NCBI GenBank assembly: GCA_965200545.1
Contig: CBDAUJ010000003.1
Coordinates: 398,504 to 462,503 of the forward strand
Direction: 5' to 3'
DNA: 64,000 nucleotides
Origin: Arenicellales bacterium
Lineage (GTDB): Bacteria; Pseudomonadota; Gammaproteobacteria; Arenicellales; JAJDZL01
Shown in pieces: positions 21,455 through 32,192 of this stretch. Every line of letters starts with the position of its first letter. The stretch's first letter is position 1. The translations under genes were made by a program, and so were the position numbers. The notes under the pieces were generated by a model. That model ran no database searches. It was not told the origin of the DNA and was given only the letters and a program-made list of their open reading frames with translations.

Positions 21455-22359
21455 TGACGTTTGCACAGTCAATGATCCAAAACCCGGTGCCATGGCCTAA
21501 TGGCGCGAAATGTGCGGGCTGCATAACATTCGACATGGATGCGGACAGCCTGATTCATCTTGATCATCCGCAAGATGGCTATCGCCGGGCATCAGCCATT
21601 TCCTCGCAACAGTATGGTCCTCATATTGCGGTGCCGCGCATTGTTGAGACCTACAGAATTCTCGATATTCGGCAAACGTTTTTTGTCCCCGGCTGGTGCA
21701 TGGAAACCTATCCGCAGTCTGTAGAACTGATGCTTGAGGGCGGAAATGAAATCGGACATCATGGATACATGCATGAGAATCCAGTTTCGCAAAACAAAGA
21801 CGAGCAGGCCATGTGGCTGGATCGTGCGATTTCTGTGATTGAGAAAATGACTGGGCAGAAACCTCGGGGATGGCGAGCCCCGCTCTACAACTTCTCCAAC
21901 CATTCGGCCGATCTGCTGGTTGAGCGCGGCTTCCGTTACGATGCCTCTCTGATGGGTGATGATGTGCCGTACATCATTGAAGCAGAAAATGGAAATCTGA
22001 TTGAGCTGCCTTCACACTGGGGACTTGATGACTGGCCGCAGTGGGTGCAGTCGATGGATCTGGACTATCTTATGCCAATTCGCTCGCCTGATTCTGGCTG
22101 GGAAATTTTTGCTCAGGAATTTGAGACCGCATATAAATATGGCGGTTTATGGATTCCGGTCGTGCATCCGTTCGTAACCGGACGCCTGTCCCGCTGGGAG
22201 GTTGTCGCACATTTTCTGCAAAGCATTGTCGAACGCGGCGATGTCTGGCTTGCACCCATGGAAGAGATCGCGGCACATATTGAAAAAGTAGTGGAAAACG
22301 GTGATTTTGAAGTACGCCGCGTAAAGATGCCGCAATACAATTGTGCAGTTAAATGGTGA
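21454..22359 (+). CDS. Polysaccharide deacetylase (NodB-fold) family protein
   Basis: TFDMDADS and HGYMHE metal-binding-type motifs. ATG overlaps the permease stop (GTGATG). Confidence 0.8.
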   Translation: MTFAQSMIQNPVPWPNGAKCAGCITFDMDADSLIHLDHPQDGYRRASAISSQQYGPHIAVPRIVETYRILDIRQTFFVPGWCMETYPQSVELMLEGGNEIGHHGYMHENPVSQNKDEQAMWLDRAISVIEKMTGQKPRGWRAPLYNFSNHSADLLVERGFRYDASLMGDDVPYIIEAENGNLIELPSHWGLDDWPQWVQSMDLDYLMPIRSPDSGWEIFAQEFETAYKYGGLWIPVVHPFVTGRLSRWEVVAHFLQSIVERGDVWLAPMEEIAAHIEKVVENGDFEVRRVKMPQYNCAVKW

Positions 22360-22417
22360 ATGGGGCTGATGCTTTAAACAGTCATATTTTTTCTCAATCC
22401 AGATGGCAAAAAACAAA

Positions 22418-22566
22418 GGGGCTTATATACTCAACTTGACAAAACTCAAATAGCAGCCGATTAATTTTCAAATAAAGAAAAATATCGAGTGATTTGGAAA
22501 ATTAATTCTAATATTCAGCGATATATGGATCTATTTTGCATACGTCAAGTTAAGTATATAAGTCCC
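22418..22566. mobile_element. MITE-like non-coding element: 23-bp terminal inverted repeats (21/23 match) flanked by an 8-bp direct repeat
   Basis: IRL GGGGCTTATATACTCAACTTGAC (22418-22440) and IRR GTCAAGTTAAGTATATAAGTCCC (22544-22566). Direct repeat AAAACAAA at 22410-22417 and 22567-22574. AT-rich interior with no ORF. Confidence 0.55.
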
Positions 22567-22988
22567 AAAACAAAGGCATTCTTAAATCAGAACGCGCTAA
22601 ACCGATTTTCCAGCCGCAGTTAAATCCCTTTGCAAACAACCCCGACGAACATGCTTTCCACTGGCTGTCCACCTTCGAGTCGACAGCATCAAATGACGAG
22701 TCGTTTTGCGTTTGAGTTTCATTCCCCGAACTCATGCAGGGCTAATGTCCCCAACCCGTTTAGAGGCGTGACTTCACTATTCACGATGCTCAGCTTGTGC
22801 GATATATTGTTCGCTCGCTTTGTGCTTCTCAGCTGGCGGTTCGCTCTCACCGGACAGGTGATTATCTTCAAAAATCACCACAGCTGCTGGGCAGGATTCG
22901 CATCTGCCAGTGTAGAATGCTTTTCAGGGTGCGCCTAAAGATCTATTCTAAGATTGTAAAGGCTCTGTCAGCCTCAGTTCTAATTACG

Positions 22989-23387
22989 TCAACTACGCGA
23001 TTGCTCATCAGGATCCGCCGGACATTTAAACGTATGCCAGTATTGAAGAGTGTACTTCACCTTCTCGCCGCCGATAAAGCACCTCGCAGTGCAAGCGTGA
23101 GTATGCGATTGCTGGGCTTCTCCCCATTTATTCACAGCATGCGATCCATCACTTTGCTTCTGCGGGTAAACGCTTCGCCAAGTGCCTTTCTGTGGATTTC
23201 CTGGATTGTCGGATGTGCATTTTATTACTCTGCCTGTGCCGACATAATGATCGTCGCACTCAGTCGGTGCACCATCCTTATCTGTACAGTTTTGACCCTC
23301 AACACTGTTGTACTTGTGCGCCACAGCGGGCATTGAGAGCAAAGCGCCCATCATGACCAACCCCAAAAAAGTTGTTTTGAATTTCAT
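22989..23387 (-). CDS. Small secreted cysteine-rich protein, unknown function
   Basis: Signal peptide MKFKTTFLGLVMMGALLSMPAVA, six Cys in the mature part, AGAGGA Shine-Dalgarno. Isolated in an AT-rich spacer. Confidence 0.55.
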   Translation of the reverse strand: MKFKTTFLGLVMMGALLSMPAVAHKYNSVEGQNCTDKDGAPTECDDHYVGTGRVIKCTSDNPGNPQKGTWRSVYPQKQSDGSHAVNKWGEAQQSHTHACTARCFIGGEKVKYTLQYWHTFKCPADPDEQSRS

Positions 23388-24353
23388 GAGTCTATTCCTC
23401 TATTGAGTTGAAAATATACTTTTTTAAATATACTTTTTTTTTTCACTCCGTTTCAAATGCGAATATCGGCAATTCACCGGTTTCGTGGTTACAAAGCTTT
23501 TTCATTGAAGCCTTCCTTGCAGAGCAAGCTGTCGACAGGCACCGCCTGCCTGAGCATTATAGCCGATTTTGCGCCAGCCCAGCACCCGAAGCTGCGATCG
23601 GAGCACTTTAGCAAAAATTTCCGAATTCAACGCACAACTCCCCTTCATCACTCCTCAGTCTTTGATTGCGCGGTTTTTTGTATTCCTTGATTTGATTTAC
23701 GCACCCACATCTTGACAATCGAGCACATTTTCTCTGGACATTTTTTACCAACCACCTAATTTCCAGCGCAAGTCGACTAGCTAGCGCCTATCAGAAAACT
23801 CTTTTTTCCTTATCAAAATAATTGTTTTTGTTAATAATATTTCAATATCAATTTACCGAAGATTCAGCTTTGGACACCGTTTAGAATTGATTTCTACACC
23901 ATATACAGAATGCACACCCTCGACGATTTGCGAGCCGCCATTTTTAGGAGTTGTTGCCTTAGGAGTTATTGCCGCAAATTCCCGAGGTTAAGTCGGCAGC
24001 CGGCCAATCCGCAGCAATCGATATTTGCCAACCGCGGGTAAGGTGACTTTGAGATTGCGGAGTGCGGCAAGCTATTGCTCAAGCGTTGCAGCAAATTGCC
24101 CGACATGCTTGCCGACAGCAGTCCCCTATGGAGCCAATATAACAAGCCGAATCAGCTTTCCAGATCAGCTTGTGGCATAACTTCATTTTCTGTGACTCTG
24201 AACTTGTGTGGTATATTCTCTGCCAGCCGTCTGCTTCTATGGCGGCTTTCAATTTCACTCAATGAGCGCCAGCCATCAGAAACTGAGAAAAAACCAAGTT
24301 GCACAAGACTTTAAGAAATAACATCTCGATTTTTGTCAATTAATGGTACAAAC

Positions 24354-24773
24354 ATGCAGCTGAATACAAAGAGCAAGATCCTGCTATCTGTCGCCACGTT
24401 CGCGATGTCGATAGCGGTGACATCCTGCAATGTCTACCGTCCTGAGTTCTCCCAAGGCCAGAGAATTGAGGCAGCTGATGTGGAACAGCTGCGACAAGGC
24501 ATGACTAAAAAGCAGGTCGCGGATTTGCTTGGAACTCCGCTGATTGCTGACTCTTTCCACCAGAATCGCTGGGATTATGCCTACTATCTGATAGACACAT
24601 CCCGAGAAATCGCCCAGCAGCAGAATTTGAGAATTGAATTTGAAAATAATGCTGTCGTTCGGATTTCTCACAATATTCCGGCTGACGAGCCGATGGAATC
24701 CCCCGACTCGACAGAGGCAACTCCGGCAGATGGCGCGGTTCAGCAGGCAGAGCCTGTGGATACATCGCAGTAG
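24354..24773 (+). CDS. bamE: Outer membrane protein assembly factor BamE (SmpA/OmlA lipoprotein)
   Basis: Lipobox AVTSC followed by RIEAADVEQLRQGMTKKQVADLLGTPLIADSFHQNRWDYAYY. Trimmed to ATG 24354. Confidence 0.85.
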   Translation: MQLNTKSKILLSVATFAMSIAVTSCNVYRPEFSQGQRIEAADVEQLRQGMTKKQVADLLGTPLIADSFHQNRWDYAYYLIDTSREIAQQQNLRIEFENNAVVRISHNIPADEPMESPDSTEATPADGAVQQAEPVDTSQ

Positions 24774-24925
24774 AACCATCATTGAAGCGCCAGGCATGGA
24801 TGAGATTCCTGCGACGGTCTCTGATTTGAGGACGATCCCCGCCCGCATCAATAGATTGCGCTGAAACGCTCGGCTTCACAGCGCCCGGCACATGACCGCT
24901 GCCAGAGACGATCCAGTAAATTCTC

Positions 24926-25882
24926 ATGCATTTTGTAACTGCGGACCAAGTTCATGAGGCGTGCGCCAGCTTTACCGATCTGACCCAAGCGCTGGAAAAG
25001 TCTCACTGTGCCCCGCCGGCCGCCCTCAAGGACATGCTCCTTGCCAGTGAGCAGGCAGACAATCAAGGCCAAGATTATTTGCTGATTCGAGCCGCATGGA
25101 GTCGAGGCGCAGCACTCGGACTCAAGGCCGCGTCGGTTTTCCCCTTGAATCGCAAGACTTCTGCGCTGCCGGCGATACAAGCTGTCTATGTGCTGTATTC
25201 TGGAGTCAGCGGCGCCCCCGCTGCTGTGATCGACGGTACCGCAATGACATACTACAAAACTGCCGCGGATTCCGCACTGGGCGGGAAATTTCTTGCTCAT
25301 CGCGATACTCAAGCAATGACGATGATTGGTGCCGGCGCAATGGCTCCGTATCTGATTCGCGCGCATTGTGAGCTGCAGCCTTCAATTCGTCGCGTAACGA
25401 TCTGGAACCGAACTGCATCACGAGCGCAGGATTTGGCTGACTCGCTCGCCATTGACGGCGTTCAGATCACCGCCAGTGATGACCTTGCGACTGCCGTTCG
25501 CGAGGCGCAGCTGATCAGCTCGGCGACCATGACCACGGAGCCGATCATCCAGGGCGACTGGATTTCATCCGGCGCGCATCTGGATCTAGTAGGCGCATTC
25601 AAGCCGGATATGCGTGAAGCTGATGATGCCGCAGTACTGAAATCAAGAATTTTTGTCGACTCCCGCGACACAACGATCGGCGAGATCGGGGAAGTGATGA
25701 TTCCGATTGAGCAAGGGGTCATCAAGGAATCCGATGTTCTGGCAGACCTTTACGAGCTTTGCTCCAAAAAAGTTCCAGGACGGCAAAGCAACGAGGAAAT
25801 TACTTTATTCAAGAACGGCGGCGGCGGGCATCTGGATTTGATGGTCGCCCAATACGTTCACTCGCAAGTTGCGAATTCCTGA
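24926..25882 (+). CDS. Ornithine cyclodeaminase / mu-crystallin family protein
   Basis: OCD_Mu_crystallin-like length and Rossmann motif MIGAGAMAP. Confidence 0.85.
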   Translation: MHFVTADQVHEACASFTDLTQALEKSHCAPPAALKDMLLASEQADNQGQDYLLIRAAWSRGAALGLKAASVFPLNRKTSALPAIQAVYVLYSGVSGAPAAVIDGTAMTYYKTAADSALGGKFLAHRDTQAMTMIGAGAMAPYLIRAHCELQPSIRRVTIWNRTASRAQDLADSLAIDGVQITASDDLATAVREAQLISSATMTTEPIIQGDWISSGAHLDLVGAFKPDMREADDAAVLKSRIFVDSRDTTIGEIGEVMIPIEQGVIKESDVLADLYELCSKKVPGRQSNEEITLFKNGGGGHLDLMVAQYVHSQVANS

Positions 25883-26052
25883 CTATTGGAGTTTTGCTTG
25901 CAAAGCGATTCAGTTTGCACCCTTTTACGCTTGCTCATTTTGCGACTCAAATGGCTGCCGATTCAGCGGCCTGTATTCAAATCCACAAAGCTGGCAAGTT
26001 CATTCTGTCTCACCGGGTGAATCGCGATATTTGAGATTGTGACAGCGACTTT

Positions 26053-26757
26053 TCATAAGAAAACCGCCAAATGGTCCAAGACGATAACCGCCCCAAATAT
26101 CATTGTCACTCCGCCTACAGCGGTATTCATGAGGCGCTGCCAAGATTTGCGTTTGCCTAAAGCGCCAGCCGGCACCGCTGCCGCCGCCGAGAGTATCGCC
26201 ATTCCCGCGATCGACCCGAATCCGAACAGCGCAATGTAAATGATGCCGAGCAGAGTCGATTGAACCGTTTGCAGAGCGAGCAGAATCAGAGCTGCAGAAC
26301 CGGAGAGCCCGTGAACAATCCCGACCAGCAAGCTCCGCAGCGGAATTTCATTCAAATGGACGTGATCATGCCGCTCATGCTTTGAATCGTGCTGTCGCTC
26401 ATGTGCATGCCAATGAATGTGATTGATGCCGGTGGCATGTTTGTGAACGTGGATGTGAAAATGATTCTTCCTGGCGCGGCGAAAAACATCAATGCCAAGA
26501 ATGAGCAGCATCACACCGACACTCAGTTCTAGAAAGTCGGCCGCGCCATGGGGAATCAGCGTATCGGCACTCAAGACAATCACGCCAACCAGCAGAAGTG
26601 TAATTGAATGTCCGACTCCCCAGACAACACCGTGCATAATGGCTTGCGAGCGGTTTGAATTGGCGCTGACTGCCAGTACAGCCAGCACATGATCCGCTTC
26701 AAGCGCATGTCTGAAGCCCATCAGAATGCCCATGAGCAAAATACTGAGATACATCAC
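26053..26757 (-). CDS. UreH / NiCoT-related nickel (cobalt) permease
   Basis: NiCoT-type signature RHALEADHV in the first TM region, GVGHSITLLL, and a long His-rich loop HFHIHVHKHATGINHIHWHAHERQHDSKHERHDHVH. About 6 TM. Sits at the end of the urease cluster. Confidence 0.65.
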   Translation of the reverse strand: MMYLSILLMGILMGFRHALEADHVLAVLAVSANSNRSQAIMHGVVWGVGHSITLLLVGVIVLSADTLIPHGAADFLELSVGVMLLILGIDVFRRARKNHFHIHVHKHATGINHIHWHAHERQHDSKHERHDHVHLNEIPLRSLLVGIVHGLSGSAALILLALQTVQSTLLGIIYIALFGFGSIAGMAILSAAAAVPAGALGKRKSWQRLMNTAVGGVTMIFGAVIVLDHLAVFL

Positions 26758-26897
26758 TTCAAACTTGTCATGAACGCAATCGATATCCGCATATCATTTT
26801 GATCACTGCGGAATTGAAATGATTCGATGGCTGAATCAATCTCCGCATGGGGCTTCAGTGTCCGAAAGAACAGCTGCTTGGGATTGTGCTGCAAAGC

Positions 26898-27458
26898 TCA
26901 TAGCTTGATCAGCGGCAGAATCTTCCGAAATTCGGGCGTATCGCCGCGGGTCATCCATTCAAAAAGAACCATTTCGGTGGACACAACACCGATGCCCTCT
27001 TCCCGCATGCGCGAGAGAGCCGTCTCTTTGTCGACATCGTTGCGAGATCCTGTGGCATCCACTGCAACATAGGGTAGAAAACCGCAATCAAGCAGTTCCA
27101 GCGAAGTTTGCATCACGCATACATGAGTTTCGGTGCCAGTAACGATCACTCGGTCGCGATCAATTGCATTCATCAGATCATAGAACGGCTGCTCTTGCAT
27201 CGCAGAAAAATTAATTTTGCCAAAAACCGCCGCTGACTCAGCAAGACTGCTCAGTTCTTTGACTGTGGGTCCAAGACCCTTGACATAGTGCTCAGTAAAA
27301 ACAATGGGAACATCAAGAATTGCGGCTGCCCGCATCAGTCTCGACACATTCGCAACGATGTCCTCGATTCCGGCGATTGCAGGAGCCAGCTTTTCCTGCA
27401 TGTCAACAATCAGCAGAACCGTATTTTCGGCTGTATTCAATGGAGTTGATTCAGTCAT
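26898..27458 (-). CDS. Isochorismatase-family (cysteine hydrolase) protein
   Basis: LLIVDMQEK (catalytic Asp), FGKINFSA (Lys), THVCVMQT (Cys); 186 aa. Confidence 0.85.
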   Translation of the reverse strand: MTESTPLNTAENTVLLIVDMQEKLAPAIAGIEDIVANVSRLMRAAAILDVPIVFTEHYVKGLGPTVKELSSLAESAAVFGKINFSAMQEQPFYDLMNAIDRDRVIVTGTETHVCVMQTSLELLDCGFLPYVAVDATGSRNDVDKETALSRMREEGIGVVSTEMVLFEWMTRGDTPEFRKILPLIKL

Positions 27459-27541
27459 TGTCAGGTTCCATAGAATGATGCTCAGACCTAAACTTGCGCC
27501 CTGACTGAGTCATCCAGGCCAGGGAAAGCTGCAGCTTAAAG

Positions 27542-28387
27542 TTATTTCCTTCGAAGCTGAGGCTCAGTGCCCAATTGAAGTTGTCTTACTTGTTTCCAGA
27601 GTGCGACTGCAGTGCGCTGAGCCGTCGCGCAATCATGCGCCAGAACACGCACCGAAATACCACAATGATTCGGCAATTTTGACACCCCTGCAAAGATTTG
27701 CCTGTCATTATTGACAATATTTCTAATTCCGCAGAACAGTCTATCGTCATGGCAGGCAGTTGTGAGAACCAAAAAGTTGCAGTGGACCGCATGCGGTCCC
27801 TGCATGCCAATGGCCTGGCGCTTGAAGTCTGCGCCATACAGCTCAAAGTGATCGACAAATAATGTCACTCCGTCATGCGATTTCGCTTGAATCGTACTTT
27901 GCAGTTTGCGAAACGGCTCGCCGGCCGATCCGGGGTCATGCATCAGAAATGAATCATAGACCAAGACACAGGCTTTCCTCCCAAGTATCACCTCGACACA
28001 CGATTCGATCTCGGCTTCTGGAAACAAAATCAGCGGATCGGGCAGATACTCAAAACGCGATTCAGTCTCAGCGATAATTTTGATTCGCTGCCGGCTTCGT
28101 CCTTCGCGCATGCGGTGGACAACGGTTGAGGCCTGCGTCGTAACCTGGGCGCGGGCCGCAGACTCAATCACAAAGCGGTTTTCCAATCGATCATCAGCAA
28201 AAATACCCCCGGCACAGGATTGCAGGTATACAGTTGCGATGTCCGGCTGGTCTGGATCCAGGTACTGCGCGCGGCACAAATGGAACGGATATCGGCAAAA
28301 TTGCTGTCTCAAAAAAGTGCAATCCTGACTCTCCCGCGAAAATACCAGTGACAGCTGCGCTTGACTTGATGTCTTGGGAACTGACAT
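27542..28387 (-). CDS. ureD: Urease accessory protein UreD
   Basis: UreD-like length and sequence (YLQSCAGGIFADDRL). Immediately downstream of ureG. Confidence 0.85.
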   Translation of the reverse strand: MSVPKTSSQAQLSLVFSRESQDCTFLRQQFCRYPFHLCRAQYLDPDQPDIATVYLQSCAGGIFADDRLENRFVIESAARAQVTTQASTVVHRMREGRSRQRIKIIAETESRFEYLPDPLILFPEAEIESCVEVILGRKACVLVYDSFLMHDPGSAGEPFRKLQSTIQAKSHDGVTLFVDHFELYGADFKRQAIGMQGPHAVHCNFLVLTTACHDDRLFCGIRNIVNNDRQIFAGVSKLPNHCGISVRVLAHDCATAQRTAVALWKQVRQLQLGTEPQLRRK

Positions 28388-28416
28388 GCCTTCGATTGGA
28401 GTATCAATGGCCTCAC

Positions 28417-29043
28417 TCAGGCAAACAGGACATCGCGCAGCAGCTGCTCTACAACGAGATCGATGCCTTCGCCATTTGCACAGTTGGTCAGCAAAACCGG
28501 CTTGCTGCTGCGAACCTCCAGCCCTTCTTTGACCATTCGATCGACATCAGATCCAACGTAACCGGCAAGATCGGTTTTGTTGATGATCAGCAGATCGGAT
28601 CGAATCACGCCCAGTCCTTTCTTGCGCGGTATATCGTCGCCGCCAGCCGTGTCGATGACAAACATCCAGTAGTCCACCAAATCCAGGGAAAACGAGGATG
28701 CGAGGTTATCGCCACCGCTTTCGATCAAGATTGCCGACAGATTCGGATGCGCCAGCGCCAGGCGATCAGCTGCTTGGATATTGAGTGTGGGATCCTCACG
28801 AATAGCGGTATGCGGGCAAGCGCCGGTCTCCACCGCCGATACTTTATTCTCAGCAATAATGCCGCTGCGCTTCAAACGCTCTGCATCCTCTCTCGTCACC
28901 AGGTCATTGGTCACCACGGCGACCTCCCGGTCTTGCGCCTGCAAAGCTGGAATCAGCCGCTCAATCAGCGCAGTTTTCCCCGACCCGACCGGCCCGCCAA
29001 TGCCAATTCGCGCGGGGGCCGGCAATGAGAACTCGTCACTCAT
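28417..29043 (-). CDS. ureG: Urease accessory GTPase UreG
   Basis: P-loop [15 protein letters not shown] and ESGGDNL motif. Confidence 0.95.
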   Translation of the reverse strand: MSDEFSLPAPARIGIGGPVGSGKTALIERLIPALQAQDREVAVVTNDLVTREDAERLKRSGIIAENKVSAVETGACPHTAIREDPTLNIQAADRLALAHPNLSAILIESGGDNLASSFSLDLVDYWMFVIDTAGGDDIPRKKGLGVIRSDLLIINKTDLAGYVGSDVDRMVKEGLEVRSSKPVLLTNCANGEGIDLVVEQLLRDVLFA

Positions 29044-29045
29044 GC

Positions 29046-30758
29046 TCAGCGAAGCATATAGCGTTGTGCCAGTGGAAGTCTCTGGACCGGCTCGCAGGTC
29101 GCCAGACTGCCATTTACAAACACCTCAAACGTCTGCGGATCGACTGTGATTGCAGGACAATTCGAATTGCGCAGCATATCGGCCTTGGTCAAGGTGCGCG
29201 TGCTGCCGGTCGGCAGCAGTGTTTTGTTTAGATCAAGTGAAGATTGGATGCCAGCCTGAATCGCCCGCTGATTGACAAAGCAGGCGCTCAGCGCTTGCTT
29301 CGCTTTTCCGAATGCACCCCACTGCGGGCGCATTCGCAGCGGCTCGCACGTCATCAGTGATGCAGCGCTGTCGCCCATTGCGCCCCAGACAATAAACCCG
29401 CCCTTGATAACAATCTCCGGCTTGATGCCAAAGAATCCAGGTTTCCACAGCACGACATCGGCCAGTTTGCCCGGTTCCAAGGAGCCGATATGCGCGTCAA
29501 TGCCAAAAGTGCGTGCCGCATTGATTGTATATTTCGCGATAAATCGCTTGATTCTCTCATTGTCTCCAATGCGAGTCGTTTCTTCATCCAGCCGGCCGCG
29601 CTGATCTTTCATCTTGGATGCGAGTTGCCACGTGCGGCATATGACCTCATTGATGCGCCCCATTCCCTGGCTGTCGGAGCCGAGCATCGAAATCGCCCCC
29701 ATGTCGTGCAGTACATCTTCGGCGGCAATACTCTGGGCACGAATGCGACTTTCCGCGAAAGCCACATCTTCCGGTATCGATGGGCTGAGATGGTGGCACA
29801 CCATTGTCATATCCAGATGCTCATCGAATGTGTTGATCGTATACGGATTGGTGGGATTGGTCGATGACGGCAGACAGTTCGACTCGCCAGCAACCTTGAT
29901 GATATCGGGCGCATGCCCGCCGCCGGCGCCTTCGGTATGGTACATGTGGATGGTGCGCCCGCCAATGGCAGCCAGCGTGTCTTCCACAAAACCGCTTTCG
30001 TTGAGCGTGTCTGTATGAATCTGCACCTGGAAACCCAGATCATCTGCCACCCCGAGACAGGTATCGATGACTGCTGGCATCGAACCCCAGTCTTCGTGTA
30101 TTTTCAAGCCAACGCAACCGCCGTCAATCTGATCGTAAATAGAATGCGGCTTAGATGTGTTGCCGCGCCCGAGAAAACCGAAGTTGATCGGCCAGTGCTC
30201 GGCCGCCTGCAGCATTTTTCCGACATTCCAGGCGCCGCCGCAGTCGATCCCGACAGTAATAGGACCCAGCGAGCCGCCGATCATCGTCGTAATGCCAGAG
30301 CTGATTGCATGCTCGCAAAGCTGCGCACTGTCGAAATGAACATGCACGTCGATGCCGCCCGGCGTGGCGATCAAGCCTTCGGCATCACGCACTGTTGTGG
30401 CAACGCCGACGACTAGATTCGGGTTGACCCTGTCCATTGTGGCGGGGTTGCCCGCCTTGCCGATGGCAACAATTTTCCCCGCCTTGATCCCGATATCGCC
30501 TTTCACTATCCCGACGACCGGATCAATGACAGTTGCATTGCAAAGCAGCATATCAAGCGATCCCATGGCGCTGTCATACCCTGGCATCATGCCGAGGCCA
30601 TCGCGCAGCGTCTTGCCGCCGCCATGCAGGCATTCATCCCCATGGTACGCAAAATCATGCTCCACCTCCGCGAGCAGCGAGGTATCGCCGAGACGCAAGG
30701 CATCGCCCGCGGTCGGGCCGTACATATGCGCATAGTCGCTTCGAGTCATCGTCGCCAT
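29046..30758 (-). CDS. ureC: Urease subunit alpha
   Basis: [16 protein letters not shown] and MVCHHL motifs. Start set to ATG 30758 (GGAG 8 nt upstream, 2 nt after the ureAB stop) rather than track start 30770. Confidence 0.97.
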   Translation of the reverse strand: MATMTRSDYAHMYGPTAGDALRLGDTSLLAEVEHDFAYHGDECLHGGGKTLRDGLGMMPGYDSAMGSLDMLLCNATVIDPVVGIVKGDIGIKAGKIVAIGKAGNPATMDRVNPNLVVGVATTVRDAEGLIATPGGIDVHVHFDSAQLCEHAISSGITTMIGGSLGPITVGIDCGGAWNVGKMLQAAEHWPINFGFLGRGNTSKPHSIYDQIDGGCVGLKIHEDWGSMPAVIDTCLGVADDLGFQVQIHTDTLNESGFVEDTLAAIGGRTIHMYHTEGAGGGHAPDIIKVAGESNCLPSSTNPTNPYTINTFDEHLDMTMVCHHLSPSIPEDVAFAESRIRAQSIAAEDVLHDMGAISMLGSDSQGMGRINEVICRTWQLASKMKDQRGRLDEETTRIGDNERIKRFIAKYTINAARTFGIDAHIGSLEPGKLADVVLWKPGFFGIKPEIVIKGGFIVWGAMGDSAASLMTCEPLRMRPQWGAFGKAKQALSACFVNQRAIQAGIQSSLDLNKTLLPTGSTRTLTKADMLRNSNCPAITVDPQTFEVFVNGSLATCEPVQRLPLAQRYMLR

Positions 30759-30760
30759 AA

Positions 30761-31456
30761 TCAACTCCATCCAAATTGCTGTTTTTTGGCACGCTCTAAG
30801 GCGCGCGCTTTCACCGATGCGTCATCTACGCAGCCATCGGTCAGTCCGTTCAGGCCATGCAGCTCGCGCGTGCCGCCGAATTCGGTCAAGGCCACAGCTT
30901 TGCTGGCGCCGGGCTCAAAACGAACCGATGTGCCGGCCGGAATGTCAAGATGCATGCCGAACGCGGCCTCGCGGTCAAACTCAAGCGCCTTGTTGACTTC
31001 GAAAAAATGATAGTGACTGCCAATTTGAACCGGGCGATCGCCGGTATTGAGAACGGTTACAGAAGATTTGCGCCGGCCGACATTGGTTTCAATGTCCCCA
31101 TCGTCTGCAAGCAGTTCGCCTGGCGACACCTCGCTTGCAATTTTTTGCCTGCCTGGTCGGATCGGGTCGTGCACCGTCACCAGCTTGGTGCCGTCTGGAA
31201 ACGAGCATTCAACTTGAATCATGGGAAGCAAATCGGCCACGCCAGACATCACATCATCAGAAGTCAGAATCGTCGAGCCGTAGGAGATCAGTTCTGCGAC
31301 AGAGCGTCCGTCGCGGGCGCCCTCAAGAATCTCATCGCAAATATAGGCCACGGTCTCTGGGTGATTCAATTTCAGACCTCGACTTTTGCGCTTGCGAGCC
31401 AATTCGGCCGCCGTAAAGATCGTCAGTCTCTCGATTTCTGTCGGTGTCAGCAACAT
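30761..31456 (-). CDS. ureAB: Fused urease gamma-beta subunit (UreA-UreB fusion)
   Basis: N-terminal ~100 aa is UreA ([34 protein letters not shown]...). C-terminal ~120 aa is UreB (...[26 protein letters not shown]...). Single 231-aa ORF. Confidence 0.9.
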   Translation of the reverse strand: MLLTPTEIERLTIFTAAELARKRKSRGLKLNHPETVAYICDEILEGARDGRSVAELISYGSTILTSDDVMSGVADLLPMIQVECSFPDGTKLVTVHDPIRPGRQKIASEVSPGELLADDGDIETNVGRRKSSVTVLNTGDRPVQIGSHYHFFEVNKALEFDREAAFGMHLDIPAGTSVRFEPGASKAVALTEFGGTRELHGLNGLTDGCVDDASVKARALERAKKQQFGWS

Positions 31457-31505
31457 TGCAGATTCCTCGGTTTATCTAGATCCATTCGATGTGCGATCAC
31501 TCGCT

Positions 31506-32192
31506 TCAATTTGCAAACAGCCGTGATTCCTGCGCCTCGTGGCGCATCATGGCAATTTCGATCTGCGGAGTGAATGTGCCGATCCGATCGACACAGACCG
31601 CTTCTTCGCTCAGCAGTTTCTCAATAATGCGACGCTGCTCACCGATGATTCTCTGTGCATCAATATGGCCAATGATACCCAGACGCAGCGCCGCACTGGT
31701 CAGCTGCGTGCGCAGCTGATGGGCCGCCATCAATTCTGCCTGGCTTCGCTGCATTCCAAGAGCCCGCCAGACTGTGCCTTGGGCAACAGCGTTGTGGCCA
31801 TGCGCCTCGCCCGCCAGCACCCGCTTGCGGAACTGCTTTGCCGCAATACTGCCTAGTCGGGCATGCAAAGTCAGCAATGCCGCGCCGGCCCGCTTGGAGC
31901 ATTCACGGGACTCGAGGCTGAGCGAGCGGGCTTCGACTATCGCGTCCAAAGCACACACCTTGCCGCCGCCAAACTCCGTACGCCAGCAGGCAGCAATGAC
32001 TGGCCGATCTGTATAGTTCCAGCGCCATTGCAGCTGACTGGCAACAAAATCACAAACCTGATCAGCGGTTGTGACTGCACCGTCCGCTGCCAGTGTCTCA
32101 AGCCCCCAAGAAAATGACTGGGTACCGCCCGGGAAAAAACTGTCGCCATGCTGCAGAGCGAGCAGGAGATCAGAATTCAGCGAGCCCGTCAT
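31506..32192 (-). CDS. ureF: Urease accessory protein UreF
   Basis: UreF-like helical protein, 228 aa, between ureE and ureAB. 4-nt overlap with ureE. Confidence 0.85.
   Translation of the reverse strand: MTGSLNSDLLLALQHGDSFFPGGTQSFSWGLETLAADGAVTTADQVCDFVASQLQWRWNYTDRPVIAACWRTEFGGGKVCALDAIVEARSLSLESRECSKRAGAALLTLHARLGSIAAKQFRKRVLAGEAHGHNAVAQGTVWRALGMQRSQAELMAAHQLRTQLTSAALRLGIIGHIDAQRIIGEQRRIIEKLLSEEAVCVDRIGTFTPQIEIAMMRHEAQESRLFAN

Noticed and set aside
22777-22923. Minus-strand frame KAFYTGRCESCPAAVVIFEDNHLSGESEPPAEKHKASEQYIAQAEHRE, resembling the C-terminus of a small 4Fe-4S ferredoxin
   Set aside because: It has no start codon, is preceded by a stop, and the N-terminal Cys cluster is missing. 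At best it is a gene remnant, and the similarity rests on memory only.
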